A stretch of 52,020 nucleotides of DNA from a virus. Its lineage: Duplodnaviria; Caudoviricetes. Each line of letters starts with the position of its first letter. Position 1 is the first letter of the stretch. Position numbers and translations under genes: made by a program. The stretch covers positions 1 to 52,020 of the IMG/VR virus record IMGVR_UViG_3300022181_000105; one strand, 5' to 3'. This document shows positions 8,255 to 19,184 of the stretch, piece by piece. The notes under the pieces are model-generated. The model was not told the origin of the DNA and searched no databases. It worked only from the letters and a program-made list of their open reading frames with translations.

Positions 8255-10803
8255 TCCCGACGAAGCTTGAGCTGCACAATTTTGGCCCGATCCAGGACGC
8301 GATGATCGATCTCGACGCGGTGGACCTCGCGGCCATAGTCGGACACAACGGCGCCGGGAAGTCCACGGCGTTCACCATCGCTCCGCTCTGGGCGCTCTTC
8401 GGAGGGACGAAGAACGGATGTTCCCCCGACGATCTGGTTCGCATGGGGGAGCTGGACGCGTCGGTGGAGCTCGAATTCGAGCACCGCGGAGAGAGTTACA
8501 GAGTGCGACGGACCCGCTCGAAGAACGGGCGCGGGAAGTCGTCCCTTGAGCTTCAGAAGCTCGTCTCCGGAGAATGGGAACCCATGTCCGGAGCGACGAT
8601 CAAAGAGACCGAGGAGAAGATTCGCGCCCTTCTCGGTCTGGACGAGGAGACGTTCACCGCCTCGTCGATGATCCTCCAGGGCAAGGCGAACGAATTCACA
8701 GCGAAAGCTCCGGGGCAGCGGAAAGCCATTCTCGCCCAGATTCTCGGGCTCGACGTCTACGACAGATTGCAGGAGGGAGCGAAGGAGCATGCGCGAAACA
8801 TCGCGGACCGGGTGGTCAGAAGCGAAGAAAAGGCTCGGGAGCTTGCAGGGATTTTCGTAGAACGGGAGGAAATCGCGGGCGATCTTGCCAAGGTCGAAAG
8901 GGGCGTTCAAGCGGGATCGGCGTCCGCGTCACGGCTCGAAGGCGACCTGCGCGGAGCGGAGGAAAAACTCGTGAAGCTACGCGAGGCCGAATCCGCTTTG
9001 GCTCAGAAACACGAGGAAGTGGCGCGTCGCCGCAAGCAGCTCAACGATCTTAAATGGGACTTGCGCCAGATGCGGGAGGAGCGGGCGAAGCTGGCCTCGG
9101 TAGCGGACATGAAGGAGCACATCCTCGAAAAGTGCGCCGCCTTCGACCGGGCGGAGAAACAGATGGCGGAAACTCGTCCGCTGAGCGAAGAGCGCGCCCG
9201 CCTTCTCGACGAACTCGGACGGGCTTCCGGGGCGATCCGGCGAGAGGAAGCGGCGCTCGTGAATCTTCAGGCGCAGGTCGACCCGCTGCGAAAGTTTGTC
9301 GACGCGGCGCCCATGTTCGCCTCCGCCGCCTCGCGCGTCGAGTGGCTGAAGAAGGAGCTTGATCGGCTGAACGAGCGGCGGGAAGAGGACCTCGATCTTG
9401 AGCGGAAAATCCGGGAGCTTGAGAAGGATCTCGGAGAGCGGGTGCGCGATCTTGAGCGCAAGCGCTCCCTCATGGAGACGCGGCTCGAATTCCTCCGCGG
9501 GCAGGCCGCGAAGATCGAGCGGTCGGGATGCGTCGCTCCGGAAGCGGTGAAGGTGACGCCGTGCGCCTTCCTTCGCGACGCTCTTCAGGCGGCGAACGAC
9601 CTCCACGGGACGGAGGCGGAGCTTCGAGACCTGAGCGATCCGCGCATCGAGCAGATTGAGTCGGTGTTGTCCGAGGCGAGAAAAGCGAGGGGGGATTTCG
9701 CGGCGCTGTTCAAGGAGCGCTCTACGGCTCTGAAACTGGAAATCGCGGAACTGGAACCGAAAGCGGCCATGCTCCCGCTCGTCGCGGAGAAGCGGGAAAG
9801 GCTCGAATCCGTCCTTGCGGGGATCGTCGACGCCGAATCTCGTCTGTGCGAAATGAGACGGCGGGTCGAAGAGGGCGAGCGGCGACGCAAACAGCTCGAC
9901 GATGTGCTGGAGGCCTCGCGGTCGCTCGAAGAGGCTCTTTCCGACGCGGAAGCGTGGAGGAAACGACGGGACATGATTCCCGCCTACGAGGAGCGCCTGA
10001 AGAACACGGACGAAAAGATCGACGCCCTGGAAGTCGACATCCGCGTGAAAGAATGCGAACTCGTCGCCCTGGAGGAGGAGTTGGTATTCGCCCCCTCGGA
10101 CGAAAGTGAGGCGGCAGCGGCAGCGGTCGCCGGACTTCGGCGGGAACTCGACACGGTTCGGAGGTCGCTCGACGAGCTGCACGCTCGTCGAGGCGGTCTG
10201 AAGGAGCGGCTCGACAGAGCGGAGGAGGCGAAGCGGCAGATCGACGCGATGGAGGAAGAGCGGGCTCCTCTGGTCACGGAACGACACTACTGGTCGAAGC
10301 TCGTGGAGGCATTCGGCCGCAACGGCATTCCGGCGCTCGTCATCGAAAACGCCGTCCCGGAGCTGGAGCGGATAGCGAACGAGATCCTCGGCGAAATGTC
10401 ACAGGGGAGGCACTCCCTCAGATTCGAGACGCAGCGCGAGCTGAAGAGCCGGGCCGGGATGGCGGAGACGCTCGAGATCATCGTTGCCGACTGGATGGGC
10501 ACTCGCCCCTACGAGACCTTCTCCGGAGGGGAGCAGCTCAGGATAGATTTCGCGATCCGCTTCGCGCTCGCGGAACTCCTCGCGCGTCGCGCCGGGAGTC
10601 GGATCGAGTGGCTCGTGATCGACGAGGGGCTCGGCAGCCAAGACAAGGAGCATCGCGAGTTGGTGCTCGAAGCGATACGCAATGTCGCCGGGCGCTTCCG
10701 GAAGGTCCTCGTGATCACGCACGTCGAGGAGGCGCAGGGGGCGTTCCCGCAGCAAATCCGCTTCGAGAGGACCGACGGCGGAGTGAAAATAACGGTGCAG
10801 TAG
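8251..10803 (+). CDS. sbcC: SbcC/Rad50-like SMC ATPase
   Basis: Walker A GHNGAGKST, long coiled coil, signature FSGGE, Walker B LVIDEG, H-loop VITH. Confidence 0.94.
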   Translation: MIPTKLELHNFGPIQDAMIDLDAVDLAAIVGHNGAGKSTAFTIAPLWALFGGTKNGCSPDDLVRMGELDASVELEFEHRGESYRVRRTRSKNGRGKSSLELQKLVSGEWEPMSGATIKETEEKIRALLGLDEETFTASSMILQGKANEFTAKAPGQRKAILAQILGLDVYDRLQEGAKEHARNIADRVVRSEEKARELAGIFVEREEIAGDLAKVERGVQAGSASASRLEGDLRGAEEKLVKLREAESALAQKHEEVARRRKQLNDLKWDLRQMREERAKLASVADMKEHILEKCAAFDRAEKQMAETRPLSEERARLLDELGRASGAIRREEAALVNLQAQVDPLRKFVDAAPMFASAASRVEWLKKELDRLNERREEDLDLERKIRELEKDLGERVRDLERKRSLMETRLEFLRGQAAKIERSGCVAPEAVKVTPCAFLRDALQAANDLHGTEAELRDLSDPRIEQIESVLSEARKARGDFAALFKERSTALKLEIAELEPKAAMLPLVAEKRERLESVLAGIVDAESRLCEMRRRVEEGERRRKQLDDVLEASRSLEEALSDAEAWRKRRDMIPAYEERLKNTDEKIDALEVDIRVKECELVALEEELVFAPSDESEAAAAAVAGLRRELDTVRRSLDELHARRGGLKERLDRAEEAKRQIDAMEEERAPLVTERHYWSKLVEAFGRNGIPALVIENAVPELERIANEILGEMSQGRHSLRFETQRELKSRAGMAETLEIIVADWMGTRPYETFSGGEQLRIDFAIRFALAELLARRAGSRIEWLVIDEGLGSQDKEHRELVLEAIRNVAGRFRKVLVITHVEEAQGAFPQQIRFERTDGGVKITVQ

Positions 10804-10815
10804 GAGGGCAAAAAC

Positions 10816-11145
10816 ATGAGGAATCGCGAAGAGGAAAACGTGGTGAATTTGACCGGGATAGTCGGCGCCGATGGACAGGTACGCATCTTTCCCGACGAGG
10901 GACTTCCCGACGACTACGAGGATGCGCGGTACAAGCAGACGAAGGAGTTTTTCCTGAAGGCCTCAGCGGAAGAGGTGGAGGCGAACGACGAGAAGAAGCG
11001 CGCCACCAGCATTTTCAAAACGAAGGAACGCCATCTCCACTACGCCGCATTCTTCGAAGGCATGGAGGTCGAGCTTTCCCACGCCAGAGATTTTGACGAT
11101 GACGAAGGCGAAGGGGAAACGGACGAGGGGGAAGGGGCTGCGTAG
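10816..11145 (+). CDS. Acidic hypothetical protein
   Basis: RBS AGGAGGG; phage-like codon use. Confidence 0.65.
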   Translation: MRNREEENVVNLTGIVGADGQVRIFPDEGLPDDYEDARYKQTKEFFLKASAEEVEANDEKKRATSIFKTKERHLHYAAFFEGMEVELSHARDFDDDEGEGETDEGEGAA

Positions 11146-11162
11146 CCGTGAGGACTGGCGAA

Positions 11163-11191
11163 AAGGGGAGGGGCGTTTTGCCCCTCCCCTT
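11163..11191. terminator. Strong hairpin (probable terminator)
   Basis: AAGGGGAGGGGC-GTTTT-GCCCCTCCCCTT, 12-bp stem. Confidence 0.65.
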
Positions 11192-11208
11192 GCAAGGGTG
11201 GTGAGATC

Positions 11209-12090
11209 TTGGCGTGGCTTTCAGTAGACCAAAGCCTTCCGGATCACAGAAAAACGCTTCGTGCGGCGGATATTCTCAGCGTCTCTCCCGTGCAGATAGT
11301 TGGTCACATGGTGTGCTTCTGGCTGTGGGCGCTCGACAACGCCCCGGACGGGGATCTCGGAGATGTGACTCCGGGGATGATAGCGAGAGCCGCGCAGTGG
11401 GACGGAGATCCTCAGTTGTTTACGGACGCCCTCTCGGAGGCGCGCTTCCTGGAGAGCGAAGGCGACCCTCGCATCAGGAATTGGGAAGAGTACGGCGGGA
11501 AGCTTATCGAGGGGAAGCGGAAAAGCAGAGAGCGCGCGAAGCGTTCGGAAGAGCGAAGAAAAGCGAAAGAGCAGGAAACGGAAATACCAGAAGGGTCTAC
11601 GCGCAATCTGCGCGCAGATGACGCGCAGACTGCGGAGCAGAAAAGAAAAGAAAAGATAAGAGAAGAAAAGAATAAAACCTTAAACCCATACGTCGGTCAA
11701 AACCCGCCCGACGCGCTCGAAGAAGGGGAGGATTCGACCAAAAACGACGAGGTCACCCCCGAATCGGCCAAAATTCCGCATGTTCCCCACACCAAAATCA
11801 TGGACCTCTGGAACTCCATCGTCGCCCCGAAGGGCAAACCCAGCATCAAGAGCATGACAGACTTCAGGAAAAAAGCCCTGAAGCGAATGTGGCGCGACCT
11901 CGGAGAGGGCAACGACTTTACCGACCCGGATGTCTGGAGGCAGTTCTTCGAGTTCTGCACGCGCTCCGAGGTGCTCATGGCCGGAGGATGGTTCACGTTC
12001 GACTGGCTCTTCAAGCCCGCGAACTTCCAGAAGATCTTCGAGGGCAACTACCACGGGAGGAGGGCTCAGGCATGGCAAGAGAGGCGGTAG
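11209..12090 (+). CDS. Phage replication initiator (O-like)
   Basis: N-terminal AWLSVDQSLPDHRKT...GHMVCFWLWALDNAPDG wHTH, charged linker, C-terminal FDWLFKPANFQKIFEGNY. Confidence 0.85.
   Translation: MAWLSVDQSLPDHRKTLRAADILSVSPVQIVGHMVCFWLWALDNAPDGDLGDVTPGMIARAAQWDGDPQLFTDALSEARFLESEGDPRIRNWEEYGGKLIEGKRKSRERAKRSEERRKAKEQETEIPEGSTRNLRADDAQTAEQKRKEKIREEKNKTLNPYVGQNPPDALEEGEDSTKNDEVTPESAKIPHVPHTKIMDLWNSIVAPKGKPSIKSMTDFRKKALKRMWRDLGEGNDFTDPDVWRQFFEFCTRSEVLMAGGWFTFDWLFKPANFQKIFEGNYHGRRAQAWQERR
11600..11680. promoter_or_regulatory. Putative replication origin inside the initiator gene
   Basis: Three CGCGCA units, palindrome ATCTGCGCGCAGAT (11606-11619), then a strand-biased (AAAAG)n tract. Confidence 0.5.
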
Positions 12091-12533
12091 CGATCGGACC
12101 GAAGGCGCGAGAGATTCTCAGAGGCATCCTTCTCAGGCGGCGGGACGAAGGCGTCCGCTTCCGCTCCCCCGATCAGCGCCTGAAGGAGATTCTCGAATTC
12201 GTCCGCAAGGAGTTCCCGGAGGCGCAACCGGATCAACTCTTCGGCGACGTCCTTGAATTCGTGAAAGCGGAGCGCTCCGACGGCGAATGCGCGTACTACC
12301 GCGAGCAGAATCGCTGTCCCAAGGAATGCGGGAACTGCGGGCGGCTATGGGTGGTGCGGCGCGTGGATACGCGGACCGGACCGGGATACATAGTCACGTG
12401 GCAAATGTGCGGCCGGTATCGCGGATGGATGGCGAAGAGGGGCGCGGAGGCGAAGCCGAAAGAGCAGGAGCCGGAATCGTCCTTCGCGGCCAGGAAAGGA
12501 GGCGTTGGCGATGACCGAAAGGACATCGCTTGA
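12072..12533 (+). CDS. Cys-rich hypothetical protein in the helicase-loader position
   Basis: Overlaps initiator end; CAY...CPKECGNC...C cluster; no Walker motif. Confidence 0.6.
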   Translation: MAREAVAIGPKAREILRGILLRRRDEGVRFRSPDQRLKEILEFVRKEFPEAQPDQLFGDVLEFVKAERSDGECAYYREQNRCPKECGNCGRLWVVRRVDTRTGPGYIVTWQMCGRYRGWMAKRGAEAKPKEQEPESSFAARKGGVGDDRKDIA

Positions 12534-13123
12534 AGAGCAGGTCGCCGAGCTGCGCGAATGGAAGCGGCGCAAACAGGCGGCTCTGGAAAGAGAGACGGCG
12601 GTCCACAGGCGGAACAATCTCGAACGGGAAATCGAAGCTCTGGACCGCGAGCTGGATCGGCTTGCCGCCGAGGCGCTTCGAAGCGGCGCGCAAGGGTCGC
12701 TTTTTTAGGGTGGCGGAGATGAAGACGATCAGCGCGACAAGGGGCCTCGTGGTGGGGCGTAGGTACGAAATGCGGTACAGCACGCACAAGGCGAGCGCCC
12801 ACAAGGGCCGCGAATCGGGCAGCCGCAAGTGCGAATACCTTGGCGAGGAGAGGGCGAGGGCGCCGGAGGGAAAACTTTTCATGTTCCGGAACCCCGGCGG
12901 CGCGAAGGAGAGCTACACGGTCTTTCAGCTCATGGACATGCTGGTGGGATGAAAATGGGGAGAACGGTACGCCGGGAAATCCACGGAGGCAAGAAATTTA
13001 CGGGCGCATTTGAACGATGTGCGCAAAGGCGGCACCTAGGGTTGTCTTGAATAAAAACATGGGCTTAGCGGTCAAAAAAACGGCATAGCACACTAAAACA
13101 CTATGATATGGAGGCGCGAAAAC

Positions 13124-13609
13124 ATGATCATCATCGGAATCGACCCCGGCATGAACGGGGCCGTGGTGGCGATAAACGGGAAAACGCGGGAGCTTCTTCG
13201 GGTGTCCGACTGCCCCACGCTGAAAATCGGGAAAACGGCGGACTACGACGTCCCGGAAATGGCGAGCCTCCTCCGGGGCTTTTCGCTCGGTGGGCCGACC
13301 ACGGCGATTCTGGAGCAGGCACAGTCGATGCCGGATCAGGGCGTGGCAAGCATGTTCGCGACCGGGCGCGGATACGGAATCTGGCTCGGAATACTCGGGG
13401 CGCTGGAGATCCCCTATCAGACCGTGAGACCCTGCGTCTGGACGCGGAGGCTTTTCAAGGGGCTTCCGGGCAAGGGGAAGGAGCGCGGGATTCTCTTCGC
13501 CTCCAGGACGTTCCCAGGAATAGAGCTGGTCCCGAAGGGGTGCCGCAAGCCGAGAGACGGCAGGTCCGACGCGGCGTGCCTGGCGTACTACGGGGCGTTG
13601 GTGGCATGA
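13124..13609 (+). CDS. RuvC-like Holliday junction resolvase
   Basis: IIGIDPGMNGA, ILEQA, DGRSDAACLA. Confidence 0.88.
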   Translation: MIIIGIDPGMNGAVVAINGKTRELLRVSDCPTLKIGKTADYDVPEMASLLRGFSLGGPTTAILEQAQSMPDQGVASMFATGRGYGIWLGILGALEIPYQTVRPCVWTRRLFKGLPGKGKERGILFASRTFPGIELVPKGCRKPRDGRSDAACLAYYGALVA

Positions 13610-13638
13610 GACTCGAACCCGAGGAAGGAGCAGGAAAA

Positions 13639-16600
13639 ATGAAAACGCGTCCAACCGACGGTCCCTACAGACCGGGGAATCAAAACGGCGTCGTCGTGTC
13701 CGACGCCTCGAACGGTCTTACCCTGAACGGCGCAACGGGCAAGAGGTCCGTCGATTATTACGGCGGAAACCTGATCGCGGAATCGGTATCGCCGTGCAAC
13801 GTGCCGCTGCTCGCCGCTTCCTGGGATTTGCTGCGATTGCTGCGGAATCTGGTGAGTCGAGACAGGCGGATGGTAGAAGCCGGCGGTCTCATGCAATCCA
13901 CCGCGGAGCTTGAGGAGGCGGAGGGGTTTTTGGTGGCGCTCGATAGCGAGGATCCGTCATGAGACGCCCCAAGGATCACCTGACGCTCCAGCACATGATG
14001 GCCCGCATAGCCGAAGAAGACGGCATGCCGGAGCTGGCGCGGAGCTTGGATCGCCGCCCCGAGCCGCTGCGGGAGGAGATGCCGTGGTGGGACAGGACGC
14101 CTAAAAAGGGGGTGTGAGCGGGTGCTCTTTGGTATGCAATTCTGGAAATACTTTCCTTGGGAGAACTGGGCAATTTTCAAGCGTTTCCATTACCACAACA
14201 CCGAGGGGCTGAGACGATACGCCCCGAAACCCACTCGGAAGACAATCAAGCCGCAGCGCCTGACGATTGCTCGGAAGTCGTTCGAGCGCAGAAGGAGCGG
14301 GTGCCCATGAAAGCCTATTTGACAACAACGCCCCGGCGAGCTGCTCGCGCAACGCAAAGCCTTGCGGCAAGCGGTACGGCTTAATTGATGAGGAGGGGTC
14401 GGCATGGACAAGATCAAACACACGGGCACGATGAACGCGGTCTGCCCGTGGTGCGGCAGAGAGGTCGCGGATAGCTGGGAGTTATGGCACCCTGAAAGCG
14501 AGTGCGAGTGTAATCAGTGTGGGAGGTTGTTCAAGGCGACGCGGATTGTGACTGTGGAATTCGATACGGAGAAGGTGGAGGCATGAAGGCGAGTTCTGGA
14601 CCGTTCGAGATTGACACCTACGGACACGGACACGGACACAATGTGTTCGAAAACGACAGAAACATTTGGGTCGCCCATTACCCGGATTCTACGGGCGCCT
14701 CCGAAGCAAACGCGCTGCTTTTCACGCGCGCGCGAGACATGCTGCGCCTGCTGCGGGAGGTTGCGCCGACGCTCGGGCACTATCACGGTCCGCTAGGAGG
14801 CTGCACGGCGTGCGACATTGACGCGTTACTTGAAGACTTGAGGGAGGTCGAGGCATGAGCTGGCGTGAAATGTGGGAAGATTTAAGCGAAGTGCTATTTA
14901 TAGCGGTTGTTTTAGGTTTTGGAATGGGACTATGCGGAATCGCTTTTTATCTGCCATTGTCATTCCCATTGAGCTAGTAAGGTGGTTGTTGACATGAGCC
15001 GCAAACATCCCCGCGACAGGCGGGTGAAGATGCTCCGGCTCTGGCTCCGGGGGCTGCGGAAGATGTCGCGGCGGATTGAGGACGCGAAGAAGGTGGCGAA
15101 TAGAACCACAGTACCCATCTTCGTAGACAAAGACCGGCGCGTTATGTTCAGCGAGTTCTCTTGGCTGCGGCATATTGTCGGCGTGCGAAAGGGGACGATA
15201 CTTTGAGCCGGAACAGCACGTGGTACACAATCAGCAGGTGGAGCAGCAGCAACGTCATTGACCGCGATCTTCTCTTCTACCGCACGGCGCGAACCGCGAA
15301 AAAAGCTCGTAGCATCGCCGCAAACAATCCGGGAGCCAAAATACTCATGGAGCGTCACACCCCGTCATCGTTCAAGTGGCTCCATGACATCATTCCCGAC
15401 AACAGTAAAAAAATGAGGCAACTACGGCGCCTCTACCGAAATTTCCGCCGCCGCGAGGCGGACGCGAAGAAGCGTGTCGCGCGCAACCAGCGCAAAGAGC
15501 GAGTGGCGCGCTGGGTGGCGATAAAACAGTCTTTTGACCGTGCGTACGGGGATGTTGCGCGAGCAAGCAGGAAAGTACAACGCAAGCTCTGGGCGTTCTG
15601 GAATTCGCTGGACACGGGGACGGGAGGAGAAAAGTTATGAACACGCACCTTTGCGACACCTGCAAGTACAGCGAAGAGGAGTGCAAGCCGGAGGATATGC
15701 AGCTTGACGATCTGGACAACGTGGTTGAGTGCTTCGGGTACGAGGAGGACGGGGCATGTTCAGGCTGATGCGGATGCCGGACGGTAACGCTTTGCTGATC
15801 CGCGAGCGGGACATGGAGCCTGCCGGGATCATTCACGAGTCGCACGTCGAGGCCGTCTCCCAGGCGCTGGGGATCGGGGTGCCGGTCATCGTAGGAATCG
15901 GAGACGGAAAGTCGACCACGTTTCAGTGTAGCCACGAGGTCGATTCTATCGAAGCAGATTCGGAGCTTGTGGCGGAGGTGACGGAATGACGCTGATTCGT
16001 GCGACCTTTGAAATTGGAGGCGAAGGTGAGTTGTGCCATTTCTGTGTATATGGGATGTATGGAGGTTTGGATGAAAGTATTTGTTCTTGCGTTCTGTTTC
16101 GGCAAAAACTTAAAAGAGATTCTGAAAGGCGCAAGGTTCGCTGTCCGCAGTGTCGTGCTTCGGAGGTGACGGGATGAACCACGCGAAGGAGATTTGGATA
16201 CCCGATGAATCCGGCATGTATATTCTGGCCTGCAATCCGAACGACAATCATGGGTACGTGGCTGTGGAGATTCGCGGATGGGGGAGCCTGTCTAAGCTTG
16301 GGAAAGAAGAGGCTGAAAGAGTTCTAAGGGACAGGGCCATCCGTATCGCCGCCCTGTGGAATACTGCGGAAGACTTGTGGCTGACGACGGAGGAGATTAC
16401 GCGTGGTGCTATTTCCAAGATGTTCTGGCTTGCAGGGAATCGCATACCGCAGGTAGACATGATCGACATGGAGTTCATGGTTCCTATCCGGGACGACGAG
16501 ATCGAGTTCCATCCGTGGAAGGGAGAGCCAATAAAGGTGAGCGTGCGCGGTGGGGAGCACACGAAACATGTGCGGGACGAGATTATGAGGCGGTGGAACA

Positions 16601-18206
16601 AGTGCGAGGTGGCGGAATGAGCAAATGGATTTTTTACGACAGATGCGCAAATGAGGGGCGGATTTTCGATTCGATGGAAAAGGCGATGGAGCACGCGGAA
16701 TTGTTTATCCAGCGGTACAGCGAGGGTGGCGAAGGGTACCCTGACAGCGGAGACATTCTAATAGCCAAGGTTACACATGTCAATACTTTCCACCCCTCGG
16801 ACCGGGCGAAGGATCACCCATGCATTCAACATCCGGAAAGGACCGCGCTTTGTCACGTGTGCGACGAGCATCCAGAGTGTCCACAAACAGACGCATGGGA
16901 GCATTCCCCGTTCGACGAGATCGGCGAGATGAAAATGGATGAGGTGACGGAATAATGGGGGGTTTTCCTGATGTCTTTGGCGCGATGATCCTGATCTGTG
17001 TTGTGGCTTTTATTGCCGGAACTCAGATTCTTCTGCTGGTGTTCAAGATGTTCGGTGTTCTGACGATATCGTGGGGGTGTGTGTTTGCAGTGATCCCTAT
17101 TTCGATCATTGTGATCATTTTCCTGTTGGGATTGAATAGCGTCTTCGGATTTTGGGAATAGGAGGTGGCGTGATGAGGCGGAAAATAAAAGCAACCCCCT
17201 GGGACGAGTTGCATCCGGACCACCCGCGTCCCGGATTAGCAGTCTTCGACGCGCCAGCGTTAGGAGGCGGAAACAAGTATTTTGCATGCGGCGGCGGAGA
17301 GGTCGAAGAACTGGAGGAGACGGCGAGGCGCCTCGCCGCCCTCTGGAACGCGGCGGAGGATATAGGATCGACAACGAATGAGATAGAGGACGGGGTAATT
17401 CAATTTGCTTTCGAGCTTGGAGAGCGCCACGCCGAAGTAATCAACGCCGCGAAAGAGCGCATCGAAAAGCTCGAAGCGGAGAAGGCGGAGGCGTGCGAGC
17501 TGATTCACGCACTCCTCACGACTGTCCCAAGAGGTAGTTTTTTTGCTCCACTGATTTTGCGGACAGAAACCTTTATCGAAGGGACTATTGAGAAAGCGAG
17601 GGGCGAAAGTGTTGAGCAAGAAAAAGTGTGAAATATGTGGACAGCGACCGGCGACGGTGCCGGACAGAGACCGACCGGGTCGCCCGGTGAGCCGGATATG
17701 TTCGGAGTGCCACAGGTCCCGGCTGGCGGGAGATATGAAAATTGTCATGGCTGCCGCTGCAAAGCAAGCGAGGACGCTAGGAATAGCGTTGGGTATGCTG
17801 CTTGACGAAAAGCAGAAAGCGAGGAGAGAGGAATGATCTGGTTCTTTCTCTCCGTGCTATTCGCTTCCAACGCCATGCTGTGGTGGCGTCTCCTATACCT
17901 TGAGAGCGTCGCCGCGAAGCTGGAATTCGAGCAGATGTGGAGGCCGGGGAAATGACCGAGAAGATCGAACCCGAATGGCAAAAGGAAATTCCGCTCCGCT
18001 GCAAGCGCTGCGACGGCTGCCGCGACATCTCGCCGCTGGCGTACAACGCTTTCCATCTGGAAGAAAAGGTTCGAAAGCTCGAAGAGCGCAACTCATTTCT
18101 CGAAGCGCAGTGCCGCGCCGCGATGGAGCGTGGATCGGATTCCTTCAGGGCGCAGATGAAGGAGCTGCTCGGAGACAACGAACCGAACCGGAGGCGCTGC
18201 GGGTGA
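13639..18206 (+). other. Run of small overlapping hypothetical genes (nin-like region), e.g. 13639-13962, 14404-14586, 14583-14858, 15986-16177, 16174-16620, 16955-17161, 17173-17631
   Basis: Chained ATGA/GTGA start-stop overlaps with GGAGG RBSs; several CxxC mini Zn-fingers and one membrane peptide. Confidence 0.7.
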
Positions 18207-18622
18207 CCCGCGAAGCCGCGGTCAAATGGTGTTTGGACCGCAGTTTGATTTTCGTCGACTTTTTCAACGGCTCCATAATCTACGTCCGCCCGAACGGACA
18301 AATCGCACAGACGGAGGTGCAATCGGTGACGCGGGATGATGCTTTGCTCAGGGAGGCAGTATCGAAATTGGGATCCATCAATCAGCTCAGGCAGGCTCAG
18401 GAAGAGGCTGGCGAGCTGATCGCCGCCATAAACCAGTACTCGCGGGGGCGGATAGGGCCGTCTGTACTCGCCGAGGAGATAGCGGACATGGAGATCATGA
18501 TCGAGCAGGCGAGGGTGATCGTGGGCGACGCGGCCGTGGACGAGCACAAGAAGTTCAAGCTGCAACGGCTGAGGGCGATGGTCGAGGGCGGGGTGGGGTT
18601 TGACGGTGTGCAAGGCGCTTAG
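18203..18622 (+). CDS. MazG-like NTP pyrophosphohydrolase
   Basis: QAQEEAGELIAAI...LAEEIADMEIMIEQ (EExxE...EExxD); alternative start GTG at 18326 with RBS GGAGGTG. Confidence 0.8.
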   Translation: MTREAAVKWCLDRSLIFVDFFNGSIIYVRPNGQIAQTEVQSVTRDDALLREAVSKLGSINQLRQAQEEAGELIAAINQYSRGRIGPSVLAEEIADMEIMIEQARVIVGDAAVDEHKKFKLQRLRAMVEGGVGFDGVQGA

Positions 18623-19028
18623 AAACGCAAGGGTGTTAATGGGAAGGGCTTTGATAGCGGCGTATAAGGACAGGTGGATTCCGCGAAAGAGAGAAGTTGA
18701 CAAGATTATCGAAGAAATGGTGATGGGCGGGAAGTGGCTGAAAGAGGATATGGTGCAGGGTGGCGACGTCATTCCCCCGCAAGAAGTCTTGCTACACCTC
18801 AAGGAGAATAATAAAAATTACATCGCGCTGTTGTCCAACATAGAAAAAATGGAGAGGATTATTGAATCTCTCACAGACGAACAGGTTTTCATCCTCGAAG
18901 AGCACTTTTGGAGGGGGATACCTTGGTATGAGGTCGCGGATGTTATCTCAGTCAGCAGAACAACCTTTTTCCGAAAAAAGTACGATATCGAGGAGTATGT
19001 TGGGGCGCACTGGAAAGAGGGGGAATGA
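18600..19028 (+). CDS. ArpU/RinA-like late transcription regulator (sigma-70 region 4-like HTH)
   Basis: LTDEQVFILEEHFWRGIPWYEVADVISVSRTTFFR; last early gene, followed by a terminator. Confidence 0.75.
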   Translation: MTVCKALRNARVLMGRALIAAYKDRWIPRKREVDKIIEEMVMGGKWLKEDMVQGGDVIPPQEVLLHLKENNKNYIALLSNIEKMERIIESLTDEQVFILEEHFWRGIPWYEVADVISVSRTTFFRKKYDIEEYVGAHWKEGE

Positions 19029-19043
19029 TCCCCCTCTTTTTTT
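19014..19043 (+). terminator. Rho-independent terminator ending the early operon
   Basis: AAAGAGGGGGA-ATGA-TCCCCCTCTTT followed by T tract. Confidence 0.8.
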
Positions 19044-19110
19044 GTGCCCAAAAACCCCTCAACTTTTGGCAAACTTGGTACTTTAGACCGATGTACGCCA
19101 GCAGATTTTA

Positions 19111-19119
19111 TGGTAGTAT
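19111..19119 (+). promoter_or_regulatory. Candidate extended -10 promoter for the accessory island
   Basis: TGGTAGTAT (TGn + TAGTAT) in AT-rich spacer ahead of RBS GGAGGAGGGG. Confidence 0.4.
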
Positions 19120-19184
19120 ATAGATAGAAAAGGAAATAAGATTCTGAAAGCGCAGTCAATGAAAGATCGGAGGAGGGGATTTGA

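Noticed and set aside
5373-10287. Long minus-strand ORFs (5373..6710, 6218..7930, 7915..8910, 8977..10287)
   Set aside because: Antisense shadows of clearly identified GC-rich genes; no motifs
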